Of a DNA stretch of 64,000 nucleotides, positions 1 to 10,786 are shown one piece after another (the first letter of the stretch is position 1; each line of letters starts with the position of its first letter). Below the pieces are notes generated by a model, which was not told the origin of the DNA, made no database searches, and saw only the letters and a program-made list of their open reading frames with translations. This DNA is from Tubiluchus corallicola (lineage: Eukaryota; Animalia; Priapulida), in NCBI GenBank assembly GCA_030141605.1, contig JAQGDQ010000962.1, positions 11,774-75,773 on the forward strand, read 5' to 3'. Made by a program: the position numbers and the translations under genes.

Positions 1-1132
1 ATTTAGTGTTGCTTAAATTCGAAAACTTTAAAGCATACATGAACTCATAAGTTACGTCAAAGTGAATCAGCTTTATTTGTTTACAAATTTACTTCTATCT
101 AGGTAGATGCACAAGATTTGCCCTTACACGCTTGTAGGCGTTCACAACTAATGTATAGCTCCAAAAAGATACTCAAGCAATTCACTTAACAATTATTAAG
201 TATGCTGCACTTAAGGTGCTTAATACAATGTGAACTACCATTATGCAGAGTCACTCTCAGTTACAAATGCGTTAAGATTACTTAACTCGGTGAAATGACC
301 ACAATGCAACCCTCGTAAACTTGGTCAACTCCAATAATATTGTGAGACTATTCGTCGATCCAGTGCCCAGTCTATCTGCTGAGGACGTAGAACTATTCCA
401 CGCTGGTGTCAAACGATGTCTCCGCTCCCTGTCAGATTCCCTGTGTCGCCTCTCTCCGGCTCCTGACTCTCTCGATGTCCGCTGACTGACTCACACCCGA
501 CTAACTAACCCCTCGTGTTCCCAACTCCGAGCTTATATCTGAAGATCTTGGCCTTGCGTAATTCGCGCCCAAGCGCAATCAGGTGAAAGGTGACATCCCT
601 GGCTTAACCCTGGTATCCCCTGCCAAGAAGTTTACGATCAACCAGGTGGCTTAACAATTCCTCCGCTGGTGGGAAAGGTCCTACACGCCAGGTCTGTCTT
701 CAGAATTTCTTCCCTTGATGTCTTCGCACAAGCTTGGCGTCGGCCATAAAACTTCTCTTCCAAAGAAATTTGCCCATTGCGACTTTCTTGTTAATTAAGT
801 GCAACTCTGCATAAGGTTATAAAGAACGATTACATACTTTTGCATAAGGCTATAAAGCGCGATTACCTATGCTGCATAAGGCTATAAAGCAAGATTGCAT
901 CCTCACTTAATAGACACCTGTTTACCTTCAGTAAACGAAAAACACACCTGTGGAATAATTTGCATCGCATTAAATCCCGTGCCTTACCAGCTGGGTGAGT
1001 TCTTATTATCAATCAATAAATTTATCTTATCAAATCAGGGAGGTATCCGATTTATCAACTGAATCTAATTCAGTTGATAATTCCATTAATTTATCACCAA
1101 ATTACCGATTAATAAATTTATTCACGACAACT
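1..1132 (-). repeat. 3' LTR of the Gypsy element (partial; full length inferred ~1.43 kb)
   Basis: Shares sequence with the other LTR copy. On the minus strand it starts AGTTGTC at 1132 directly after the purine tract AGGGGAGGAA, mirroring the GATAACT end of the 5' copy. Confidence 0.75.
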
Positions 1133-1142
1133 TTCCTCCCCT
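1133..1142 (-). other. Polypurine tract (PPT)
   Basis: Minus strand AGGGGAGGAA immediately before the inferred 3' LTR start. Confidence 0.7.
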
Positions 1143-3036
1143 AACACTCACTCCAGATGTGGCAGGTATTTAATGGTCCGCCTTAAGGTCGCATCTCTTT
1201 GGAGCTCCTTAATTATTCACATTTACAATACTATATGTTACATCCCAATCTACTATGGGACGTTCCATCTTGGAGGTCATGGTGGCGGGATACCATTGTC
1301 CATTGAGTCCGTCCGGGCTTCCTGGACCGGGGTTTATAAATCCGCTAGTCTCCTGAGATCCTTCCTCAGATGCACCCCGTGTGGTCTTTACCATCTTCAT
1401 CTTCTTCCGCCTTCCATCTCCAATTGTCCCTTTATCCTGTAACATAAAATACAATACGCAGTATGCTGGGTGTCATCTAACATTTTCACTTTGTACATTT
1501 ATTTATACAAATCCCCTTTATCCAATTGGGTGATTCCTTCACTATCATCCAATGTTACAAGCCTGTTTTCTCATGGCTTCATTTGCCATTAACTTTCTTT
1601 AAGTCGACCCTCTCGTTACATCTAGACCTTTTCGTGGGACCTGTCTTGGCCAGTATTAGGTCGTCTAGGGTCACGTCAAATTTGTCCCATGTCTTGGGTG
1701 CTGGTAGTTTCACATATTCATGTCTACCATGCCGGCAGTCATATTCTGTATTTCTCTCATTTACCTATAGAACCTCTAGTTCTTATACTACTTATAACCG
1801 GTTTTACTTTAACCCGGCAGTAGCGTTCTGCAGTGGCGCAATACGCCCATTACTTGCTTATGTTAGGGCACTTTCCTCCCCCTAGAGTGGCCCTAACCAC
1901 TTTTTATAACCAGTAAGCTTTTATTCCTTAAACTTACTTTAACTAATCAATTCGCTGCGCATGTGCGGATTTTAGTTGCTAACCTAATAAGAGGTTAGGC
2001 ATATCAACAGTTTATAACTAGACTAAACCGCTTGCGAACAGCACGAGCTCTACTTGAACTCTTACAATATAATGCGTTTAGCATTATGTTGAAATACACA
2101 CCCTTTTCCTTTAACATGCACGTGCAATTCGTATACTGCCACAGGGTATCGCTCGAGACCTATGCTTTAGTAGCAAACTGTGCCTCCTTTTCACCAATGA
2201 GCACTCTTGGTGGGTGAGCTGTACCTCTGGCAGCATTTTACTTTAATATGGGTCGAGTTCTAGTTATCTGCACTGTCTTTTCTCTTAAATTCTTGTTATC
2301 TCTTGTTTACTCCCAGTAAACAATTTCTCAAGTTCTCCTATTGTGCGACCTAGCTATTTATTTTCTAATTACCTGTCCCGCTCTAATGGATCCGGTTAGA
2401 GCGGGCAAGTTCCAGCCATCTTCAGTTCCCCTTTCACTCTTAGTGGATATCCCTTACGGTTCTCTCTAACCCTTATCGTGTAGCACTTTTCACTTTTGTT
2501 TAAACACTTTTACTTGCAGCGATTTATTAATGGTCTGGTTGTAAACCTTTCCATTTAACTTTTACTCCAACTACTCTTATAGATTCTCTGCAATTATTCG
2601 TTAATCGCCGTACATTGTCTTATATTTTCTTATGAGAGCTTTGATCTTCTCATTAAATGTACATTTAATAGGTACAAGCTGCCAATAGGTACAAGATTAT
2701 GAAGACAATCTTAACACAGCGTCCCATGCCAGGGGTTGAAATCACTCAGTGACGCCATCGGTCGCCAGGTGAGTAAGTTAGTTCATGACCTAACTAACTG
2801 ACCCTGCTTGACCTCTGTCCTTACCTTTACGCTGCCGCTTGGGAACTGGGCGCTAGATGTCACTAGTGCCTATCTACTGCTATTTAAGCTTTAATATAAT
2901 TCGGCTGGCTCCTCCACTATCCATTTTCATTATATCTCGAATCAAGCTTCTAAATTAAATTTCCCCATTAGTCTTCTAGGTCAGTCTAATATCTTTACAG
3001 TGCAGACACTCGGTACCCATATTGCTAAACACCTTC

Positions 3037-4770
3037 TTAATAGCGCAACCAGCGCCACACGGCGCTGGGCCAGCCTGCAGGTGCCACGGCCTGGGCCTTC
3101 ACTTTAGATATATGGAGGACTTGTTCTAAGAAATCCTCATCTTCCAACTCCACAGTACTGCGTATCTGACAGGTCTCACTGTGAGCCGCCTCACTTTCCG
3201 TGCATCTTGACTTCGCACTAACTTCGGAAAGCTCGCTACCACTATCACTCCTGGTTCGCTTGGTGGCGCCAGAGTGTACTTCCTCTGGTAAGAGTAAAGG
3301 TGGTGGCGAACTGCTAGAAATCTCCGATTCCTCATCTTCCGGTACACCTGGGCGAGGCGTCTCTTCTTCTTCAGACAGCCCTTCGCAGAGGTCGTCTCCT
3401 AACCTACTTCCCGGAAGGCTCTCTCCGTTCTCCCTATCTGCCTCTAAGAACGGAGCATCAAAGGGATCCCATGCCAGACTTTCGGCATGCTCTGTAGCTT
3501 TTCCACTACCTTCTTTCCCTTGACTTAACGTTGCCCCTGGCAACGAGGTAAACACAGGAGTTGACCCTTCCTGGCCACTCCTACTAACATCTTCTCCTTC
3601 TTGGGAGATTGCGGGTTCAGATACACGGGCAGCTCTACACAGAGGTCTGCCTGCTCTATTTATTTCTCGAGCTCCTGGTTTAGTGGACCAGGCAGCCGTG
3701 GGAGGTACTAGGCGTAAATGAGTCACATGACACGTTCTTACTCGACCCATGTCCATGTTCTTAATCTTGTATCTATGCTTACCTAATCTGGTTAACACAA
3801 CATAGTTACTTTCCCAATACTGGTGAAATTTCCTCGAAGCCTTTGGCTTCATGGCTTGGTTGTAGTAAAACACTACATCACCAGCCTTAAAATGCCTGGT
3901 CTGAGCCTTATGATCATAGAATTCTTTACACTTAGCCTAGCTTCCTCTGTTCACTTCTTAGCTACCACGAATACTTGATGCATCGTCTGCAAATAATTTT
4001 CAAAATAATCTTCTCCCACATATTTCTCTGGTTCTGAAAAATGATTTTCTACCACCCCTCGTGGTGGACGCGCGAATAATAGATAGTACGGAGAATACCC
4101 TGACGTACTATGTATCAAAGTACGATAGGCGGCTAAGGCCCTTGGGATATGTCTATCCCAATTTTTGGGATCCTTGTCCGTTAGCTGCCTTAATAAACTC
4201 ATCAGCGTTCCATGCTGACACTCCTCAACTGCATTGCCTGGGGGTTATATGGAGTAATCGTAATCTGTCGTATCCCATAGTGCTTGGTCAGCCTCTTGGT
4301 CATATCGTTGACATATGACCTATCATTATCCGTTAATAATTTGATCGGAGCACCGTAACTACAAATAATCTCATTAACGAAAGCTTCAGTAACGGTCTCC
4401 GCCTTTTTATCAGGTATACCAACGGCATCCACCCATTTGGTGGCTAAATCGGTGAACGAAATTATGTACTTATTCCCTCGCTCGGGTAGTAGGCAAAGGG
4501 CCCACTACATCCGTAGCTACAGTTTGGTACGGCATGATTGGAATAGGTGCCTCCTGTATGGGGAACCGTACTACGTTCCGACTCTTCTTATTACATACTG
4601 TACAACTCTCTTTAAATCTTTTACAATCCTGCCTAATGGTAAACCACCAAAACCTTATAAGAATTTTATTGACCATTTTGGCCAATGCAAAATGTCCACC
4701 AGTATATGAACTATGAACTTCCCGAATGACTTCTTCAACCAATACTGTAGGAACGACTATCAAATAATAA
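3037..4770 (-). pseudogene. Gypsy integrase (Zn finger, core, C-terminal domain plus long acidic tail), split by frameshifts and stops
   Basis: HSSYTGGH...CKRFKESCTVC zinc-binding motif; VATDVVGPLP; LLTDND; TPYNPQA; WDRHIPRALAAYRTLIHSTSGYSPYYLLF; HVTHLR. Spread over ORFs 4470-5441, 4202-4432, 3951-4202 and 3037-3873. Confidence 0.92.
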
Positions 4771-5359
4771 CACCCTTCATTCTCTCCATATTTTTTATTT
4801 ATACGACATAGTAACCCATCATCATTAATAGCATAGTCCCCCATTAGTCTATACGCTTCTTGCGACTGTTTAGGACTCGTGATGACGTGTATTAAATAGG
4901 AGAGCGTTGCATCTTGGCTTTGCAACAGGGCAAACCGTTTCTTATCAATCAACGCTTCCTTTATCTTACTATCTGTCGTCAATTCAGTGACCTCTGACCG
5001 GGTCACTTCCGGATTTGGCTGTTCGCCAGTTTCGGAATTCTCATTAATTTTATTTCTTCTCAACAATGCTTCTTCGCGCAACTGTACCTTTTTCTTTGGG
5101 AACAATATCCCAGACGAATTGGCAGAATGAACCCACTCTTTATCATTATATTCCAATAAAATAGGTCTACCATCTGCTGTTCTGCTAACCGCAACGCCCC
5201 CAGGGCTTGCTGAGCTATAAACTTCATTATGACTAGATGGTAACTCATCCTCTATAGTGGCTAATTGGTAAGTATCATTTCTATTCTCTAGGCGGCACAA
5301 CCTAGCATCTAATTCTTGCTTAGTGAATGGCCTTTTTACTTGCCGCTCCATCTTACTCA

Positions 5360-5694
5360 ACGGTAAACGACTGTAATGATCTGCAGGATTTTTATTACCG
5401 GGGCAATATTCAATTTTCGCATTCTGCTGCGATAACAGCAAGGCCCATCTTTCTAATTTCGGATTTTTAACTGCTTGCTCTCAAGTAGGCATTGCAGACT
5501 TTTATGGTCTGTGCGTATAACATACCTGCTGCCATAAAGATAATGGTGTAATTTCCGAATACCGTAAATTATCGCGTATAATTCGCGCTCCGAGGCAGTC
5601 CAACGTCGCTTAATTGGTGGGAGAAAAATTCTACTGGTCTCTCCACTCCATCAATCTCTTGCGTCAAAATGCCTCCCACACTATACAAACTCGC
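5360..5694 (-). pseudogene. Gypsy RNase H domain downstream of the insertion
   Basis: ASLYSVGGILTQ...RPVEFFSHQL, then after a frameshift WTASERELYAIIYGIRKLHHYLYGSRYVIRTDHKSL, then IEYCPGNKNPADHYSR. Confidence 0.9.
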
Positions 5695-6601
5695 CGCTCT
5701 GGGTCCTTTGGGCTCCCCTGTATGGGACGCACCCTGGGCTGGACCCCTTTCCACACAGTGCATCCTTACGTGCTACTGTGTTCTCTGCTTCCCGACCTAA
5801 CCTTTTCAGCTTCAGTCGATCACAGAGACTTAGCTCGCCTGTTCACAATTCGCCTTGCTAACATTGAGCAATCTCACCTTAACCTAGATCAGTGAGATTA
5901 CAGGCCGGTGACCCAGTCGATAGCGATCACGAAGATGACCTGCTTGCAGTTTATCAGCATAGCAAACCATCCCCATCCCTTAGAGACCAAAGGGCTCACG
6001 CCCAGAGGCAACCGACGGTCTGACCATAGAAAATCTTGCTATCCCTCTATGAACTTTGACCGTTTTCACCAGCCTAGCCTGTTCACTAGTGAAGTGCTAT
6101 AAATGAGACAAAATTCACACTTCACCTAGCTAGGTGAGGACTGTCATCCTCGTACCACGTATGTATCACTTATTCTACAACTGCAGGCTTATATTAGCTG
6201 ACTCTGTGGCAGTACCAGAACTTTGTCTGCCTGAGGTACCAGCTACCTAGTCGACCTTTTCCTTGTCGACATTTTACTTACAATGCACCCTGTGCATGTC
6301 TTGGCATATTCCTCGCCATCTTAATTCATCATTTCGGCATTCCATTGCCCTAATTATTCTCATTACCTCGGCATCCCAGTGCCGGAATCTGATTACCTCG
6401 GCATCCCCGTGCCGGAATCTAACTCCTTACTATAGCTTGCTGCAGTTGTGAACAGTACGACACACATGCCGACTAGGAGGTACCACAGTAGGACGTTAAT
6501 TCGCCCTTCGTCAGCTGAAAACAGTAAAACTGCCTAGGGTCCTTGCGGACCCACTGCCTCCTGTTACAGACTAACACTTGAGGTGCCCATCCCTCTTGTT
6601 A
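5695..6601. other. ~907 bp foreign insertion inside the RNase H motif
   Basis: Removing it joins PYILYT(H) to ASLYSVGGIL in frame. The insert shows no recognisable pol similarity and no obvious target-site duplication. Confidence 0.85.
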
Positions 6602-7660
6602 ATGTGTGTATAAAATGTACGGCCTCTCGGTATCTGGATGGGTGAGCATGACGGGGTTCAGTAACGCCGCTTTTAATTCTCTAAAAGCCTTTTCTTGGGC
6701 GTGCCCCCACACAAACTTGACATTTTTTCTTGTCAGTTCTGTTAACGGTCGAGCTATTTCAGCAAATCTAGGTATGTTTGCTCGATAGTAATTACAGCTT
6801 CCTATAAAACTTCTCACATTTATTGGGCGGTCCATTGTTTGTACTGCTTTCGCACGTTCGGGATCGGGCCTTAATCCATCTTTACTTATTATGTATCCCA
6901 AAAATTGTACTTCTGACTTAAAGAATTGACACTTAGACGGCTTTAGGCGCAAATTAGCCTCACTTAAACATCTGAATACCTCTTGCAAATGTGCCAAATG
7001 TTCCTCTCTGGTTTTCGAATAGACAAGTATGTCATCCAGGTAGGCTATGCTAAACTTGTCAGTTATCCCATCTAGTAACTTATTTATAACTTGCCAAAAC
7101 ACTGATGGGCTAGTTAAAAGACCCATGGGACTGCGGGTAAACATGTACGATCCCCCTTGCGTCACAAACGCTGTCTTTGGTTGATCATCCTTGTGCACAG
7201 GTATCTGTAAAAATCCTTGCCTTAAGTCCAAACAATTAAAATATTTGGCTCCCTGCAATTTATCCGTAAAATTTGAGAGTGTTCAGCTAGGGTAGGCGTC
7301 GAACTTGATGCACTTATTGATCTTACGGTAATCAATGACTAACCTATAGCTCTTACCATCAGCTTTCGTAACTAGCAGGCATGGAGATGCCCACGGGCTA
7401 TTAGCTGGTACTATAATCCTAGCTGCTAACAATTCCCGAATGATTTTATCTAATTCTTTTTCTAAATTGTTAGGGATCAGGTATGGTCGAGAGCGAATCG
7501 GTTCTGCATTGCCAGTATCAATCCGCATTTCAGCTAATTTCGTCTGACCTAACTCTAGGTCCGAGCTAGCGAACACCCCTCTCCAATTATTCAATAATTT
7601 TTCTAGTTTGGAACGCCAAATGGGAGTCAAATGATCTAAATTAAAGTCAGCATCTACTCG
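6602..7660 (-). pseudogene. Gypsy reverse transcriptase (one frameshift near 7260-7283)
   Basis: SPWASPCLLVTKADGKSYRLVIDYRKIN; LDLRQGFLQI; KTAFVT; PMGLLTSP; YLDDILVYS; KCQF; FLGY. Confidence 0.95.
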
Positions 7661-7707
7661 CTCTCCCGAAACTCCATCATGGTACCGCCATTGTTTATAG
7701 TCGCCCC

Positions 7708-8747
7708 CTATATCCGCCGAAGAAACGCTTGGCGGGGGCCTTCTATATCCCGAAGCTCCATAAACATTCCGCCCCTGCCATCGTAATGTACCTGAAGTGG
7801 GTAATTACCTGCCGCTCTACTGCGTGCCTCATCATTATGCATCTTGCCGCGGGACATCGCGTTCACCGATAATCGTAGGTCATTACGGCCCTGGGAAACC
7901 TGCAAAATTCCCTTGTTCTGCGCGGGCAGGCAGTGAAGGTTACAGTCTCTAAACCTTCGTTGGCTATTTACTTTATAATTTTTTCTTGAGCCGCTTCCAT
8001 TATTCCATTTATTTGCTAGCGTTATTGCGTGTACATTCACTATGCTAACTTCCTGCGCAGTGCCAATCACACTATTCTTCCTAATTCTTATAGGCCTATA
8101 CGCATTATTTCGTATGAGTAGTGAGCTCTTTCGCCCTTCTTCTACTCCGACTAGACCGGCCTCGAACCCAACGTCCGGGTGGTTCTTGAAAACGGGCGTA
8201 TGTTCGGCCATTTCTACACACAAGAGTTGCCCATTTGGCCTATCTCTCTTAATCCGAACATGCATCACTACTTCACTGTTACTAGGTATTAGAGTGTTCT
8301 CATCGGCGAGGAGCACATCGAGTTCTTGTTCACTCACTCGGTCTAAAGCAAGAAGGTGGGCCTTTTTACCAATAATCATCAATTTCTTACCGCAATCTAA
8401 CGATGCGTTCATTGCGTGTAACGCATCAATGCCAAGAATGGCATTTTGCTGCATTTGGACAATTTGATACTTAATTCTAACTCTGCTGTCGCCAAATTTC
8501 ATCTCAATATGTTTTGAGCCAATTACCCAATTGCCACTGTGCCTGAGGCATCTTTCAAAGTCATGTTACTTGCTTCACAAGGTCCCATTCCTAGCCGTTT
8601 ATATAACGCTAAAGATATACATGAGGTGGTTGCACCTGTGTCTATTAGCATACGTTCGGGCCACCCATTCAACTCAACAAAACAGGTTGGCTGGGTAATT
8701 AATGGTTCCTGCCAACCTGTGGAGCTGCGAGTTCGAAACGCACTCAC
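7708..8747 (-). pseudogene. Gypsy aspartic protease and protease-RT spacer
   Basis: MLIDTGATTSCIS active-site motif in ORF 8523-8747; AILGIDAL C-terminal protease motif in ORF 7708-8502 after a frameshift. Confidence 0.88.
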
Positions 8748-9792
8748 TGCGTCCCAATCCCATTTTTTACACTCGCCACCCTTAAATTACTTTGGCACCT
8801 TCTACGCGCATCACGCCCTTCTTTATTTCTAGTCATATTACTGCAATTTCTGCATACACTTCTCTTATTCACGTATTCACTATTTACAGCACCGCTTGTC
8901 TCCACATATAAGCTCCGGTCAGCGGAGACGGACCGCCGGTAGCTTAGTAATTTTCCCATGGCTCCCCTGTATTCATTCTCTCGCGGGTGAAAGGCCCGGG
9001 TCTGCAGCACTCTTCCGCCAATATTCGGCGTCTATAACACATTTCGTTTTCTGTGTTACCTACAGCTGCTATACTTCTTAACTCTTCTGGCGTTTCTATA
9101 CGCCCTTGACGAGACAGGTGCCTATTCTTCAGCCTCGCAATTCCCTGATTGCTTTCTTCCAGCCTGCAGCGAGCATAGGCTGCCTCTAATGTGGCCGGGT
9201 TGTGCTTAATTAGCTTCGCACGTAATTTATCATTTATCAATGATTCTACCAACAAGTCAGTTAAAACCTTTTGTACTTATGGCTCATCTATCTCACAAGG
9301 CTTATACGCTATCCTTGCATGATACCATATCATATCTACCAGTTGCCGCAATGATTCCTGTTTCTTTTGCCGCAACGTTCTTAATTCTAGCACGTGCCTT
9401 GTTAACTCTACTCTGTTAATGTATCGAGGCTCTAAGAATGAAATAAATTGACCCCAGTTCAATTTTGACCAGATTTCACGGCTAGCATCCAAATATTGAG
9501 CACAAGCTCCGTCTACTGTCATATATGCTAACCACACACATATTCCACCTATCATTTCTGAATCAGGTGACATGCAGAATCCCCTTCTGGTAATACACTG
9601 TATCCAACTTCTAAATTTTGCACTACAATCAGCTCCCTGTCCCGTAAATTTCGGTAAGTCCGTCAAAGCATTGCATAAGGCCCATTGGTCAGCAATGGCG
9701 CCTAGCTGGGTAGAAAGCCAATTAGTTCTTTCTACCATAGGGGGTACATCCCCTCTTAACAGGTCTGGGGTAACATCATGAGGGTCTGACAT
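8744..9792 (-). pseudogene. Gypsy gag, split into three ORFs
   Basis: LPKFTG...FRSWI, LRQKKQESLRQL and PATLEAAYARC are typical Gypsy capsid motifs; located between PBS and protease. Confidence 0.8.
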
Positions 9793-10128
9793 TTTTGCTT
9801 TTCGTTTGCTTTTCTTTCAGCAATTTGCACAAATCATAATTTCAATTTCTCAGGCTGTTAACACCTTTTGACAATAAAAAACCACTTACCAATTTGGTCG
9901 GGGGGGGTTACAATGTCTTCTAGCGCTGCCCTCAGATGCGCCTTGTCAAATTCCACTCGATTCTTAGATGGCCTCAGGCTGTGCTCCAATTTCGCTGTCG
10001 TTTCCACTTTCACTTTTCAGCACCTGAGAATAACTTGCAGCATTACTGTATGCCAACAAATAGTTCACAAAGGTTACAAAATTAGCAGAGCATCAATTAC
10101 AAGGTTACAAAAATTAGCAGAGCACTAA

Positions 10129-10147
10129 ATCCGCGATCACAGCACCA
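10129..10147 (-). other. Primer binding site, tRNA-His-like
   Basis: Minus strand TGGTGCTGTGATCGCGGAT directly after the LTR end. It resembles the complement of the eukaryotic tRNA-His 3' end (TGGTGCCGTGACTCGGAT) imperfectly. Confidence 0.6.
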
Positions 10148-10709
10148 GTTATCACTTTCTTATTTTGTGATCGTATAGTATTCAAGTGATTTGTTATCTA
10201 TATAGATTGTATAATAATTTAATCGATTCGCTTCCTATGTAATTAATTGCTACAAGGTGATTTATCACCCAGCTCCTAGGGCTTTAGATGAGTCTATTGG
10301 GCGATAATCTTGTCCCTCAAGACTGACACTTCCACTTCGCATTGTGAGTAAAGTCTTTGACCCTAAAGCTATCTAGCCTAGCTCCCGCAATTGAGCTTTA
10401 TCTAATTAATTAATGCAATGCGAATCTACAGGATCGTATGTCGGATTTAGTGTTGCTTAAATTCGAACACTTTAAAGCATACATGAACTCATAAGTTACG
10501 TCAACGTGAATCAGCTTTATTTGTTTACAAATTTACTTCTATCTAGGTAGCTGCACAGGATTTGTCCTTACACGCTTGTAGGCGTTCACAACTAATGTAT
10601 AGCTCCAAAAAGATACTCAAGCAATTCACTTAACAATTATTCAGTATGCTGCACTTAAGGTGCTTAATACAATGTGAACTACCATTATGCAGAGTTACTC
10701 TCAGTTACA
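10147..10709 (-). repeat. 5' LTR of the Gypsy element, truncated (563 bp remain)
   Basis: 10445-10709 matches 1-265. Similarity stops after GTTACA at 10709 although the left copy continues to 1132. Confidence 0.8.
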
Positions 10710-10736
10710 GAACAGTAAGTCAGTAAGTAAGTAAGT

Positions 10737-10786
<50 letters not shown>

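Larger units (their letters stand above)
1..10709 (-). mobile_element. Ty3/Gypsy LTR retrotransposon, decayed by frameshifts; 3' LTR runs off the window start, 5' LTR truncated
   Basis: Minus-strand order gag, protease (LIDTGA), RT (LDLRQGFLQI, YLDDI), RNase H, integrase (HHCC plus core) is the Gypsy order. 1-265 recurs at 10445-10709 (about 7 mismatches by eye). A PBS and PPT sit at the expected positions. Confidence 0.95.

Noticed and set aside
260-265. TGTAAC as the canonical LTR start (~560-bp LTR)
   Set aside because: No PPT next to 265 and no matching CA end; the PPT and inverted terminus fit 1132 better.
1540-2700. Decayed env or stop-reassigned ORF
   Set aside because: The frames I translated look equally protein-like with similar stop density, as expected from purine-rich strand bias.
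6485-6520. Hammerhead-like CTGACGA plus stem on the minus strand
   Set aside because: The stem is followed by ACTG, not the required GAAA.
3200-9781. Plus-strand ORFs antisense to gag/pol
   Set aside because: Shadow ORFs of the minus-strand coding frames with no recognisable motifs.
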